The position numbers and the translations under genes are program-made. The notes under the pieces are model-generated. The model saw nothing but the letters and a program-made list of their open reading frames with translations. It was not told where the DNA came from and made no database searches. A DNA stretch of 64,000 nucleotides from Clostridia bacterium (lineage in GTDB: Bacteria > Bacillota > Clostridia > CAKSNL01 > HGM11501), in NCBI GenBank assembly GCA_900766735.1, contig CAAFWO010000052.1, forward strand, positions 58,539 through 122,538, written 5' to 3'. Numbering within the stretch: the first letter of the stretch is position 1; the number at the start of each line of letters is the position of its first letter. Shown here piece after piece: positions 9,715 to 19,833 of the stretch.

Positions 9715-10653
9715 TTGTTTAACTTCATGAAAAAGAAAGACGACGTTCTCCCGAACGAGAACAAGAAGAATACATGGCTTGAGATCAAGAAGAATAAATC
9801 CAATTACCTTCTTATCGCTCCGTACATGATAATCTTCATCGTTTTCACGGTTATCCCGGTTGTGTCCTCGATGATCTTGAGTTTTACATATTTCAATATG
9901 TTCCAGTGGCCCGAATGGCGCGGCTGGCTTAACTACAGAAGGCTTTTCTTAGAGGACGATATTTTCCTGATCGGTCTTAAAAACACATTGATGTTCGCAT
10001 TCATTTTGGGACCGACAAGTTATGTGTGCTGTTTCTTCTTCGCATGGCTCATAAACGAGCTTCCACCCAAGGTCAGAGCATGTATGACGCTTTTATTCTA
10101 CGCGCCTTCGATGTGCTCTTCGATTTACACGATCTGGCTCTTCATCTTCAGCGGTGACGCCAACGGTCTTGTAAACTCATACCTTATGAAGTGGGACTGG
10201 ATAAGCTCTCCCATTCAGTGGTACACCGATACGGACTATAACGTTAAGGTCATAATCGTAATTCAGCTGTGGCTGAGCCTTGGAACAAGCTTTCTGTCCT
10301 TTATCGCCGGTTTCCAGTCGCTCGACAAAAGCTATTTCGAAGCAGGCGCGATCGACGGTATCAAGAACAGATTCCAGGAGCTTATCTATATCACCGTTCC
10401 GGCGATGCGTCCTCAGATGATGTTCGGCGCGGTTATGCAGATTGCAAGCTCATTCGGTATAGGACCGGTCTGCAGAACGCTTGCCGGATTCCCCAGTACA
10501 AACTACTCTCTGCGTACCATCGAGACGCATATTTACGACTACGGTACGACGAGATATGAGATGGGTTATGCGTCGGCGATAGCATTCTTCCTTTGCATAA
10601 TGATGATAGTGACCAGAAACCTGATGGCTAAGCTCATCAGAGTAGACGATTAA
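9715..10653 (+). CDS. ABC transporter permease (MalF/UgpA-like)
   Basis: Six TM helices and an EAA loop (EAGAIDGIKNRFQELIYITVPAMRP). The start is re-called to the TTG 8 nt after AGGAGG. Confidence 0.7.
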   Translation: MFNFMKKKDDVLPNENKKNTWLEIKKNKSNYLLIAPYMIIFIVFTVIPVVSSMILSFTYFNMFQWPEWRGWLNYRRLFLEDDIFLIGLKNTLMFAFILGPTSYVCCFFFAWLINELPPKVRACMTLLFYAPSMCSSIYTIWLFIFSGDANGLVNSYLMKWDWISSPIQWYTDTDYNVKVIIVIQLWLSLGTSFLSFIAGFQSLDKSYFEAGAIDGIKNRFQELIYITVPAMRPQMMFGAVMQIASSFGIGPVCRTLAGFPSTNYSLRTIETHIYDYGTTRYEMGYASAIAFFLCIMMIVTRNLMAKLIRVDD

Positions 10654-10670
10654 GAGAGGAGGGGAAACAC

Positions 10671-11636
10671 GTGGCAGAAACAATAATCACTGCGGAAAAC
10701 AAGGCGGTAAATATGAACGACCTTCCCGAAGAATTAAGGGAAAAAGTCACTCCGAAGCGAATGAGAGTCAGAAAGAAAAGGGTCAACCGTTCGCTTGGCG
10801 GCGACATCGGCGTTATATTACTGCTCACAATAATGGGTCTTTTCATGGGCGTTCCGCTTTACTACACGATAATTTCGGCATTCAAGCCTCTTAACGAGCT
10901 TTTCATTTTCCCACCGAGATTCTATGTATCACAGCCGACACTGTCAAACTTCAAGCAGGTATTTGACCTTGCGTCAAACCTCTGGGTTCCCTTCTCGAGA
11001 TACGTGTTCAACAGCATATTTGTCAGTGTTGTTGTAACAGTGGGGCACGTTATTTTGGCTTCGATGGCGGCCTATCCGCTTGAGAAAGCAAAGTTCCCCG
11101 GCTCAAAGGGACTGTTCTCGCTGGTTCAGCTCACACTTTTGTTCACCGGCGGAACGATGGCCATTCCGCTTTATGTCGTAATGGCTTATCTCGGACTTGT
11201 AAACTCCTATCTCGCGCTCATCCTTCCCGCACTCGGATCCAGCTTGGGCCTCTTCCTTATGAAGCAGTTCATGAGAGGTATTCCCAACTCGATGCTTGAG
11301 GCCGCGAAGATTGACGGTGCGAACGAATTAACAATCTTCTGGAAGCTGGTTATGCCGAACGTTAAGCCCGCATGGCTCACACTTTCGATATTCGCCTTCC
11401 AGTCGATATGGAACAACACAGGTAACAACTTCATTTATTCCGAGGAACTTAAGATGCTCCCGACAGCGCTCAACCAGATCTACGCAGCGGACGCCGCAAC
11501 AGGCGTCGGCAACGTTGCGCGTCAGGGAAGTGCGGCGGCAGTTGCACTCATACTTATGATACCGCCGATAATTTTCTTCGTGCTGACACAGAGTAATGTC
11601 ATCGAGACAATGGCATTCTCCGGAATGAAAGACTGA
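10671..11636 (+). CDS. ABC transporter permease (MalG/UgpE-like)
   Basis: EAA loop EAAKIDGANELTIFWKLVMPNVKPA. A GAGGAGGGG RBS precedes the GTG start. Confidence 0.75.
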   Translation: MAETIITAENKAVNMNDLPEELREKVTPKRMRVRKKRVNRSLGGDIGVILLLTIMGLFMGVPLYYTIISAFKPLNELFIFPPRFYVSQPTLSNFKQVFDLASNLWVPFSRYVFNSIFVSVVVTVGHVILASMAAYPLEKAKFPGSKGLFSLVQLTLLFTGGTMAIPLYVVMAYLGLVNSYLALILPALGSSLGLFLMKQFMRGIPNSMLEAAKIDGANELTIFWKLVMPNVKPAWLTLSIFAFQSIWNNTGNNFIYSEELKMLPTALNQIYAADAATGVGNVARQGSAAAVALILMIPPIIFFVLTQSNVIETMAFSGMKD

Positions 11637-11651
11637 TAGGAGGGAGAAAAG

Positions 11652-13763
11652 ATGGCTTTAAAATTAAAAATCAGAAAGGCCGCGAAAATTCTTTCCTGCC
11701 TCACACTGATAGCTGCAATCCTTTGTTCGGGTCTCACTGTTTTCGCAGACGAGCCCTATAAGGGATATAACTTCAACTTCTACGGCGAAGCTTCGGCACC
11801 TAACGGTTACCTTCCGGTGAAGGCATATAACGGCACCGAGTGGGGAGTGGGTTACCTTGAGAACCCGACCGATATGTATGTTGACAAATCGGGTTATCTT
11901 TACATATTGGATGCCGGAAACGGCCGTATTATCAAAACGGATTCAAACCTCAACCTTGTTTCGGTTATAGATACCTTTACGAAGGAGGACGGAACATTAA
12001 GTCCGCTCAACTCACCTCAGGGACTCACTGTAACGGCCGACGGAGAGATCTATATCTGCGATACCAATAATAACAGGGTCATCGTAACAAACCAGTCAGG
12101 CCAAATCAGAAAAGAATATTTCAAGCCCGAGTCTTCTCTTCTTTCGGAAACGCTTGTATTTCTTCCCAAGAAGATCGAAGTGACCGACACAGGCGATTTG
12201 TATATCATTGCCGACAATATCGTTGACGGCGCGCTTGTAATAACGGAAAACGGCGAGTATAAGGGTTATTTCGGAACGGACGCCGTAACACTTACCGAGG
12301 ATATGATGAAGGTCGTATTCTGGAGAATGTTCATGACCGATGAGCAGATTAAAAAAATGATGTCTCCTCAGCCCGTGCCGTTTGACAATATGTATTTGGA
12401 CGGTGACTTTTTATACACCGCAACGACATACATAAGAGATGAGGATCAGATCAGAAAGGTTAACCCCGCGGGAAATAACCTTTTTGCCGGCAATCAGTAC
12501 GGCGAGGCATACTCCGGCGGCCTCGGCAGCGGATATGAACAGGCTGCGTTCAACGACGTTAACGTTACGGACGAAGGATTTTTCTTCTGCCTTGACAAGA
12601 CCTTCTGCAAGATATTTATGTATAACCAGGATAACGAGCTTTTAACTATCTTCGGCGGAGACGGAGACAGGCTCGGAAGATTCGATATTCCGGTTGCGAT
12701 CGAGTCCATCGGAAGAAACGTTGTCGTGCTTGACACAGGCAAGAAAAACGTTACATTATTTGAGCCAACCTATTACGGTAATATGATAATGGACGGCTCC
12801 TACAGATATGAGCACGGCGATTACGAGGGCGCTCTGGAGCCCTGGAGCGAGGTATTAAAGCTCAACGTTAACTCCGAGCTTGCATACAGAGGTATCGCAA
12901 GAGCCGAATACTTAAAGGGCGAATACAAGGCGGCAATGGAGCATTACGCCGTTGCATACGATAACGACGGATATTCCGAGGCAAGACAGAAATACAGAGC
13001 CCAGTATATGGTCGATCACTTCTCTGTATTTATGGGCGTGATTTTAGTCATCGCGGTTGCGCTTTACGCATTTGCGAAAAACAAAAAGAAGATCTTAGCC
13101 AAGGTCGGCTTCGAGACGCTTGAAGAGACCGGATATGCCGGGATGAAGAAGTGGAAATATCCTTTCTACAACCTTCTTCACCCGAGCGACGGTATGAGCG
13201 AGATGCGCTATAACAAGAAAGAGTCGCTTCCGCTTGCAATCGCCTTTATTGCACTGTGGTACGTATCCGCGGTTGTAATAAGACAGTATGAGGACTACAT
13301 CTTCAATACGACAAATAAAAATGACATCAACATCTTTATGATACTTGCAACGACGGTCGGAATCGTTCTGGTCGGCTGCATCTCAAACTGGGCGATCACA
13401 ACACTCGTTGACGGTAAGGGAACGTTTAAGAACATCTTCATCTATGCTTCCTATTCACTCATCCCGTCGACCGTTGCGGCACTCATCGTAACATTCATCA
13501 GCCACTATATGATAAAGAACGAAGCGGTGTTTGTTCAGGCGATCTTATTTATCGGATATGCATGGACGGCGATACTTCTGTTTATCGGAATGATGAACGT
13601 GCACGACTTCACATTCAAAAAGGCGCTTCTTATGACACTGCTGACAGCGGTGGGAATGATTCTTATCGTGTTCCTCTTAATGCTTCTGACAGTGCTCTAC
13701 AGCCAGGTTGTAACATTCGTGTCGACCATTATGTATGAATTGTTCTATAAATTTGCTATATAG
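11652..13763 (+). CDS. Signal peptide, NHL-repeat beta-propeller, TPR-like segment and a C-terminal Yip1-like multi-TM domain, all fused in one protein
   Basis: NHL-like repeats (YLYILDAGNGRIIKTD, IYICDTNNNRVIV). The C-terminal ~250 aa has 5-6 TM helices typical of the Yip1/DUF1282 family. Confidence 0.6.
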   Translation: MALKLKIRKAAKILSCLTLIAAILCSGLTVFADEPYKGYNFNFYGEASAPNGYLPVKAYNGTEWGVGYLENPTDMYVDKSGYLYILDAGNGRIIKTDSNLNLVSVIDTFTKEDGTLSPLNSPQGLTVTADGEIYICDTNNNRVIVTNQSGQIRKEYFKPESSLLSETLVFLPKKIEVTDTGDLYIIADNIVDGALVITENGEYKGYFGTDAVTLTEDMMKVVFWRMFMTDEQIKKMMSPQPVPFDNMYLDGDFLYTATTYIRDEDQIRKVNPAGNNLFAGNQYGEAYSGGLGSGYEQAAFNDVNVTDEGFFFCLDKTFCKIFMYNQDNELLTIFGGDGDRLGRFDIPVAIESIGRNVVVLDTGKKNVTLFEPTYYGNMIMDGSYRYEHGDYEGALEPWSEVLKLNVNSELAYRGIARAEYLKGEYKAAMEHYAVAYDNDGYSEARQKYRAQYMVDHFSVFMGVILVIAVALYAFAKNKKKILAKVGFETLEETGYAGMKKWKYPFYNLLHPSDGMSEMRYNKKESLPLAIAFIALWYVSAVVIRQYEDYIFNTTNKNDINIFMILATTVGIVLVGCISNWAITTLVDGKGTFKNIFIYASYSLIPSTVAALIVTFISHYMIKNEAVFVQAILFIGYAWTAILLFIGMMNVHDFTFKKALLMTLLTAVGMILIVFLLMLLTVLYSQVVTFVSTIMYELFYKFAI

Positions 13764-13779
13764 GAAAGGAGAGAGCATT

Positions 13780-16245
13780 ATGAAAAAAATTATATCATGT
13801 TTACTTGCATTGACTCTCCTTGCGACCTTATTCACGGGAGTTATAATGGCGACCGGCGATGAATCCGCAAAGGCCGAAACTTCCGATACGGCAAAGGAAG
13901 AGACAAAAGAAGAAGCAAAGACTGAAGAAAAAACGGAAACCAAGACCGAAAGCACAGGGACTGCGGCACCTGCCGACGGCGCTGTGGAGGACGGAATGGT
14001 CAACGAGGACACGGTAAATGCATATGCTTCCGCTGTCCGCGCAAGAGCGGTCGATAACACAAGCATCGACCCGGCATTCACTCTCATCAGCGAGAATGAG
14101 TTCCTTGCGCTCTATGCGATCACCGACAACAGCCAGAAGAGGATCGGCGAGATACTCATTTTGGACAAGGCAACGGGCTATGTTTGGCGCAGTAACCCGA
14201 CGGACGCGGACGCGGACGTTATCGGCCAGTCTGCCGGCCACGCATATTACAGATCGAAGTCACAGCTCGTATTCTCCTATGCGCAGGGCTATAACTATTA
14301 CGACGCGAACAGCTACTATTCGTGCGTTGTGAACGACCTTGTGACCTGCACCGTCAATGCCGGAAAATCGGTTAAATTTCTCTATAAATTTGCCGACCTT
14401 AAGTTTGCCGTTCCGGTTGAATACAGCCTGGACTCCAACGGATTTAAGGCAGAGCTTCTCTTAAACGACAGCGACGCTAAGCTCACATACAGCGAAATAG
14501 GTTCGGTTTCGGCCGGAAACTTCGGTAAGGTTGAACAGCAGATCGACTATAACATCACCGAGATTAAACTTTTGCCCGCATTCGGCGCGACGAGCTATAA
14601 CGAAGACGGATACCTCTTCATTCCGGACGGAAGCGGAGCGCTCGTTTATTACAACAACGGCAAGGACAACATTCAGCAGCCTTACAGCGCGCCTGTCTAC
14701 GGCAACTATAAGGACAGCCAGTCCGAGGACTACAGAAAAGCGTCCGACAGATTTTACCTTCCCGTTTTCGGAACGGTTAAGAATGACGGTCACGCTTTGA
14801 TGGGTATCATCGAGGATAACGCTAACGTCGCATTCGTCAATGCGGAGGTAAGCGGTTACGAAACGGCATATAACAAAGTTTATTCTTCATACCTTCATAA
14901 GATCATAAAGAGTGCGGACAAACAGGGAACGGCACAGCCGATGTCCAAGGAGCTCCGCGACCCGGATAAGAATTACTCTGTCAAGTACTTCTGCCTCTCC
15001 GGCGACCAGGCGTCATATGTCGGAATGGCTAAGTTCTACAGAGAATATCTCATAGACAAGAAGGGAATGAAGAAGGCGGACGACCTTCGTGACGCGGCAC
15101 TCTTTTTGGATATGTATGCCGGCGTTGAGAAAAAGACCAGCATTCTCGGTATTCCGTGGAAGATATTCGACGTTATGACGACCTATGACGACATTATGTC
15201 GATCTCTGACGATATGACCGAGGCCGGAATCAACAACGTAGTGTTCAGATATAACGACTGGACAAAGAAGAAAAACAGAACGAAGGTTCAGAACAGACCG
15301 AACTTCGAAACTTCCATCGGCGGCAAAAAAGGATATGAAAAGGCGGCCGCTTATCTTGCCGGCAAGAATATGGGATTTTACTTGAATATTGACTTTATCA
15401 ACTATTCAAAGTCGGGTAACGGCTATTCGAGACTTTCGGATTCCGTTAAGTATCCCAACCAGGCCCCGGCATATCAGCAGAGCGGTATCACGGCTCATAT
15501 CAATATGGGTACGAGATGGTGCCTGTTAAAGTCGGACAAGGTTCGCGACGCGGCGATGAAATTTGCAGCAAAGTGCGAAAAGAACGGCATCACATCCGTA
15601 TCGCTTGAAAATTTCGGTAATGCGATCTATTCGGACGGTTCAAATAAGGGCGGTCTCACCAGAGGCCAGTGCATGAACAACTGGGAGGAGATCATCGCAG
15701 GCTATAAGGAGCAGGGCATGAACGTTTTGACCACTACACCGGACGCTTACGCCATCATCGATTCGGACGTGCTTTTGGAGATTCCTTCGAAGAGCACATA
15801 TGTCGAGATCGCGGACGAGGGCGTGCCCTTCTACCAGATCGTTGTAAGAGGATATAAGACCTATACCTCCGAAAACATCAATATGTCCAGCGTTCCCGAA
15901 GACATTATCTTAAATGCCGCCGAGACCGGAAGCAGTATTTTATACAGCTTGACGGCAGGCGACACGACGACCCTTAAAGAAACATATCTTAAATACTTAT
16001 ACAGCTGCAACTACTCAGATTGGAAGGATGATATTATTGAGGTCTACAAGAAGCTTTCCGGCACTCTTTCGACGGTTGACGGCCAGACGATCGAGAACCA
16101 CGAGAAGCTTGCCGAGGGACTTTACAGAACGACCTATTCCAACGGTGTTGCGATCTATGTAAACTATAACAAGTATGACATAACGGCCGAAAACGGAGTG
16201 ACCGTTCCGGCAAGAGATTATGTTGCGGAGAGGGGTGAGTGGTAA
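13780..16245 (+). CDS. Large secreted protein of unknown function (~820 aa) with a signal peptide and a K/E/T-rich linker
   Basis: A good RBS (GGAAAGGAGAG) and a signal peptide. No recognisable catalytic motif was found. Confidence 0.6.
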   Translation: MKKIISCLLALTLLATLFTGVIMATGDESAKAETSDTAKEETKEEAKTEEKTETKTESTGTAAPADGAVEDGMVNEDTVNAYASAVRARAVDNTSIDPAFTLISENEFLALYAITDNSQKRIGEILILDKATGYVWRSNPTDADADVIGQSAGHAYYRSKSQLVFSYAQGYNYYDANSYYSCVVNDLVTCTVNAGKSVKFLYKFADLKFAVPVEYSLDSNGFKAELLLNDSDAKLTYSEIGSVSAGNFGKVEQQIDYNITEIKLLPAFGATSYNEDGYLFIPDGSGALVYYNNGKDNIQQPYSAPVYGNYKDSQSEDYRKASDRFYLPVFGTVKNDGHALMGIIEDNANVAFVNAEVSGYETAYNKVYSSYLHKIIKSADKQGTAQPMSKELRDPDKNYSVKYFCLSGDQASYVGMAKFYREYLIDKKGMKKADDLRDAALFLDMYAGVEKKTSILGIPWKIFDVMTTYDDIMSISDDMTEAGINNVVFRYNDWTKKKNRTKVQNRPNFETSIGGKKGYEKAAAYLAGKNMGFYLNIDFINYSKSGNGYSRLSDSVKYPNQAPAYQQSGITAHINMGTRWCLLKSDKVRDAAMKFAAKCEKNGITSVSLENFGNAIYSDGSNKGGLTRGQCMNNWEEIIAGYKEQGMNVLTTTPDAYAIIDSDVLLEIPSKSTYVEIADEGVPFYQIVVRGYKTYTSENINMSSVPEDIILNAAETGSSILYSLTAGDTTTLKETYLKYLYSCNYSDWKDDIIEVYKKLSGTLSTVDGQTIENHEKLAEGLYRTTYSNGVAIYVNYNKYDITAENGVTVPARDYVAERGEW

Positions 16246-17270
16246 TGGAAAACAAAGAAAACGTGACTCCCGAAAAGGAGAACAAGGCTGACATTTTGGA
16301 TAAGCCCAAGCGCCTCACCAAAGAGGAGAGAGCGGCGATCCGCGAAGCTAATAAGAGAGCGGCGAAGAAGAGAAAAGCAGCCGCGGCGCTTTCCGAAAAG
16401 CAGGCAAGAGCGGGATATTGGTTCATTGCCCCCTGGATCGTCGGTGTGATATTCCTTTTCCTGATCCCCGTTGTAACTTCTTTGATCTATTCATTCTGCC
16501 GCGTCGGTGTCAGAGCCGGCGGCGCGAAGCTTAACTTCGTGGGATTGGATAACTACATTTACATTTTCACCAAGAGTGAAACTTTCCTTCCGGCACTCGC
16601 TGATTCGCTTAAGGATATGCTCTATCAGGTTCCGATTATCGCATTCTTCAGTATGTTCATTGCTCAGATATTGAACCAGAAGTTTGTCGGCAGGACCGCG
16701 GCGAGAATTATGTTCTTCCTGCCCGTTATCATTGCCTCCGGCGTTGTAATCGAAATTCTTACGAAAACAGGAATGAGCACAAACGTTAACTTAGGTCAGC
16801 AGTCGAATATCTTTACGTTCCAGGAGGAATCCGCGATACTTAAGATATTGAACCAGTCGGGCATCAGCCAGTCGGTAATCAACTATTTAAAGACATTGGT
16901 CAGCAACATTTTCGACATAACGTGGAAGAGCGGAATTCAGATCCTTCTGTATCTCTCGGCTCTTCAGGGAATTCCGAAGTCATATTACGAGGTTTCTTCG
17001 ATGGAGGGCGCGACCCCTTGGGAGGAGTACTGGAAGATCACCTTCCCGCTACTTTCACCCATGAGCCTTGTATGCGTTGTATACACCATAATCGATTCGT
17101 TCACCTACTACCAGAACTCGGTTATGCAGCTTATCGACTCTAACAATATGGCGAGCGGTAATGCCGGTATCGGCGCGGCGATCAGCTGGATATACTTCCT
17201 TATTATCGCCCTGATACTCGTGCTTATTGTGAAATTCGTGTTTGCAAAAACCGTTTATACTGAAGAATAG
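16245..17270 (+). CDS. ABC transporter permease (MalF-like) with a long basic N-terminal tail
   Basis: TAATG overlap with the upstream gene. TM topology and an EAA-like loop (LSALQGIPKSYYEVSSMEGATPWEE). Confidence 0.7.
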   Translation: MENKENVTPEKENKADILDKPKRLTKEERAAIREANKRAAKKRKAAAALSEKQARAGYWFIAPWIVGVIFLFLIPVVTSLIYSFCRVGVRAGGAKLNFVGLDNYIYIFTKSETFLPALADSLKDMLYQVPIIAFFSMFIAQILNQKFVGRTAARIMFFLPVIIASGVVIEILTKTGMSTNVNLGQQSNIFTFQEESAILKILNQSGISQSVINYLKTLVSNIFDITWKSGIQILLYLSALQGIPKSYYEVSSMEGATPWEEYWKITFPLLSPMSLVCVVYTIIDSFTYYQNSVMQLIDSNNMASGNAGIGAAISWIYFLIIALILVLIVKFVFAKTVYTEE

Positions 17271-17281
17271 GAGGTGCCGGA

Positions 17282-18340
17282 ATGAGACCTGAATTATCAA
17301 AACTTTCAAAAGAAGAATTTAAGCAGGAAATGAAACGCCGTGACGAAGAAATGAAATCCAGCGGCAAAAGCCACGGTATCGGCTTAAAACGTTTCGGCTC
17401 CGCATACTTCAAAAAACAGCTGATGCATGTGCTTTTCACAATTTTCCGTGCATTTTTGCTCATCGGTTTGTCCTACATCGTGCTCTATCCGGTATTCAGA
17501 ATGCTGAGCAAGGCGTTCAGCGAGGACTATGTTGCTTCGGCGACAAGCATCTGGATTCCCGACCATGTCGGAATGACAAACGTTAACTACGCGATGACGT
17601 TCTTAAATTACTGGCAGTCATTCTGGTGCAGCGTGAGAATTTCTCTCGGCAGTGCGATTTTGCAGGTTATCTCAAGCGCTGTGGTTGGATACGGATTTGC
17701 AAGATTCAAATTTAAGGGAAGAGGGCTTCTGTTCGGTCTTGTTATATTGACAATGATTATTCCGCCCCAGACCTATCTTGTATCACTCTTTATGATATAC
17801 AGAAAGTTTGATTTCTTCAAATTGCTCGCGATTCCCTCGCTGATAGCCGGTAAAAACCTTGGCATCAACCTGATCGGAACGTCGTGGACGATGTGGATTC
17901 CGGCAATACTTGGCGTCGGCTTAAGAGGCGGACTTTTCATCTACATATTCAGACAGTTCTTCAGAGGAATGAGCAAGGAGCTTGAGGAAGCCGCTTATAT
18001 CGACGGCTGCGGACCCTTCGGAACGTTCCTTCGAATTATGGCTCCCAACGCGCTTGCGTCGGGCCTGGTAGTTTTCCTGTTCTCACTCGTTTGGCACTGG
18101 AACGACTACTTCACAACTTCGGCTCTTTTCACATCTCCCAACAAGGCGAGACCGCTTTCACTGATTCTTATGGCAAAATACGGTGAGATCGGTATCACCT
18201 TCATGAGCTCGGACGATGTAAACAGTACATACATTCTGAACGCGGCGGCCCTCCTGGTCGTACTGCCGATGATAATCGTGTTTGCATTCACCCAGAGATA
18301 CTTTATCGAGAGCGTCGACAAGGTCGGCGTCAAGGGCTGA
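17282..18340 (+). CDS. ABC transporter permease (MalG-like)
   Basis: EAA loop EAAYIDGCGPFGTFLRIMAPNAL. The gene ends at a strong terminator. Confidence 0.75.
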   Translation: MRPELSKLSKEEFKQEMKRRDEEMKSSGKSHGIGLKRFGSAYFKKQLMHVLFTIFRAFLLIGLSYIVLYPVFRMLSKAFSEDYVASATSIWIPDHVGMTNVNYAMTFLNYWQSFWCSVRISLGSAILQVISSAVVGYGFARFKFKGRGLLFGLVILTMIIPPQTYLVSLFMIYRKFDFFKLLAIPSLIAGKNLGINLIGTSWTMWIPAILGVGLRGGLFIYIFRQFFRGMSKELEEAAYIDGCGPFGTFLRIMAPNALASGLVVFLFSLVWHWNDYFTTSALFTSPNKARPLSLILMAKYGEIGITFMSSDDVNSTYILNAAALLVVLPMIIVFAFTQRYFIESVDKVGVKG

Positions 18341-18353
18341 TCAAAAAATAAAA

Positions 18354-18386
18354 AGTACTGCAGCTTTAAGCTGCAGTACTTTTTTG
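18354..18386. terminator. Bidirectional rho-independent terminator (agtactgcagc-loop-gctgcagtact)
   Basis: A perfect 11-bp stem flanked by A- and T-runs, between convergent genes. Confidence 0.7.
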
Positions 18387-18392
18387 TATGCC

Positions 18393-18758
18393 TTAAATTA
18401 TTTCGTACCCTTTTTCGGATAAGGCTGAAAGCGCCCTTTCAAAGTTCTCGCTTTTGACTAAGATATAGTCCGTGTTATAGGTCGAGACTGCGAAAATGCC
18501 GATGCGCTCTTCGGCCAAGATCCCCGAGATTTTGGATAGAATGCCGATCAGCGAAAAGTCAAGCACGCCCTCAATGCGAAAGGCACGCCACGAAAGATCC
18601 GTTTCATACGCGTTTTCGGGCACGTTATCTTCCGGGCAGACGAGCGAGAATTCTTCGTCCGTCGCCGCGGCGAATGTGAACGGGCGCGATAGGTCCGCCT
18701 TCGAAAAATACTTCACCTTGCAGACGGCAAATGTGCCGTCAATTTTTTTGATCTTCAT
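18393..18758 (-). CDS. ACT-domain protein
   Basis: Small size (121 aa) and ACT-like sequence in which two short beta-alpha-beta units can be recognised. Confidence 0.55.
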   Translation of the reverse strand: MKIKKIDGTFAVCKVKYFSKADLSRPFTFAAATDEEFSLVCPEDNVPENAYETDLSWRAFRIEGVLDFSLIGILSKISGILAEERIGIFAVSTYNTDYILVKSENFERALSALSEKGYEII

Positions 18759-18767
18759 ATTGTCACC

Positions 18768-19442
18768 TTAAATGTTTTTTATCTGCCAGTCGATGGGCGA
18801 CTTCACGAGCGAGATGAGAGTTTCATTCGTCTTTGAAAAATGGCGGCAGCCGAAAAATCCGCGTGACGCGGAAAGCGGGCTCGGGTGCGCCGCGGTGAAG
18901 ATGAAATGGCGCGACTTATCGATAAGCTCCGCCTTGGACTGCGCGTGATTGCCCCAGAGAAGGAAGATCACCGGGTCGCGCCGCTCGGAAAGTGCGCTTA
19001 TGACGCGGTCGGTGAATATCTCCCATCCCTTGCCCTTGTGAGCGAGCGCCTCGCCCTCGCGGACGGTTAAGATCGTGTTTAACAAAAGCACGCCTTGCTT
19101 TGCCCAGTCCATCAGATATCCGTTGTTCGGAATATATGTTCCGACATCGTCGCGCATTTCCTTATAAATGTTCATAAGCGAGGGGGGAGCAGGCACGCCC
19201 GGCTGAACAGAGAAGCACATTCCGTGCGCCTGGCCGACCTCGTGATAAGGGTCCTGCCCGATGATGACGACCTTCGTATCGTGATACGACGTGGTCTTGA
19301 GCGCGGAAAAGATCTTGTGCATATCGGGAAACACGGTGCGTGTTGAGTATTCATCTTTTAAGAACGCACGAAGCTTTAAGTAATATTCTTTTTTGAATTC
19401 GTCCGCCAGAATGCCGTTCCAGTCGTTTCCGAAATCTATCAT
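18768..19442 (-). CDS. ung: Uracil-DNA glycosylase
   Basis: Motifs [10 protein letters not shown] and GVLLLN, and the HPSPLS region. Confidence 0.9.
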   Translation of the reverse strand: MIDFGNDWNGILADEFKKEYYLKLRAFLKDEYSTRTVFPDMHKIFSALKTTSYHDTKVVIIGQDPYHEVGQAHGMCFSVQPGVPAPPSLMNIYKEMRDDVGTYIPNNGYLMDWAKQGVLLLNTILTVREGEALAHKGKGWEIFTDRVISALSERRDPVIFLLWGNHAQSKAELIDKSRHFIFTAAHPSPLSASRGFFGCRHFSKTNETLISLVKSPIDWQIKNI

Positions 19443-19457
19443 AATAACACTCCTAAT

Positions 19458-19488
19458 AAAAAATGCGGACTTTTAAGTCCGCATTTTA
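19458..19488 (-). terminator. Rho-independent terminator downstream of rpsU (atgcggac-loop-gtccgcat)
   Basis: A hairpin with T-runs on both sides. Confidence 0.6.
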
Positions 19489-19539
19489 ATAAGCATCTTC
19501 GGCAAACCCCGTTATGTTAATGCGAAGGCCGCGTAAGTA

Positions 19540-19716
19540 TTACATATACTTTCTTTTACGAGCTGCTTCTGATTTCTTTTTACGCTTAACACTGGGTTTT
19601 TCGTAATGTTCTCTCTTTCTAACCTCGGACAAAACACCTGCCTTAGCGCAAGAACGCTTAAAACGACGAAGAGCGCTGTCCAACGACTCGTTTTCTTTAA
19701 CTCTGATTTCCGACAC
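19540..19716 (-). CDS. rpsU: 30S ribosomal protein S21 (58 aa, GTG start); missed by the ORF track
   Basis: The reverse-strand translation is [72 protein letters not shown] lies 7 nt upstream. Confidence 0.8.
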   Translation of the reverse strand: MSEIRVKENESLDSALRRFKRSCAKAGVLSEVRKREHYEKPSVKRKKKSEAARKRKYM

Positions 19717-19833
19717 GGTATATCCCTCCCTCCGCTTTTTACAGTTGACAGCAATTGATGTATGCCGCTGTCACAAGAATAATACGGGATTCGCAAAGTG
19801 ATACAAGAATTATACATTAAAATTCGCAAATAG

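Noticed and set aside
19512-19829. 105-aa ORF on the minus strand
   Set aside because: It overlaps rpsU in a different frame and includes the rpsU promoter region. The S21 reading is far better supported.
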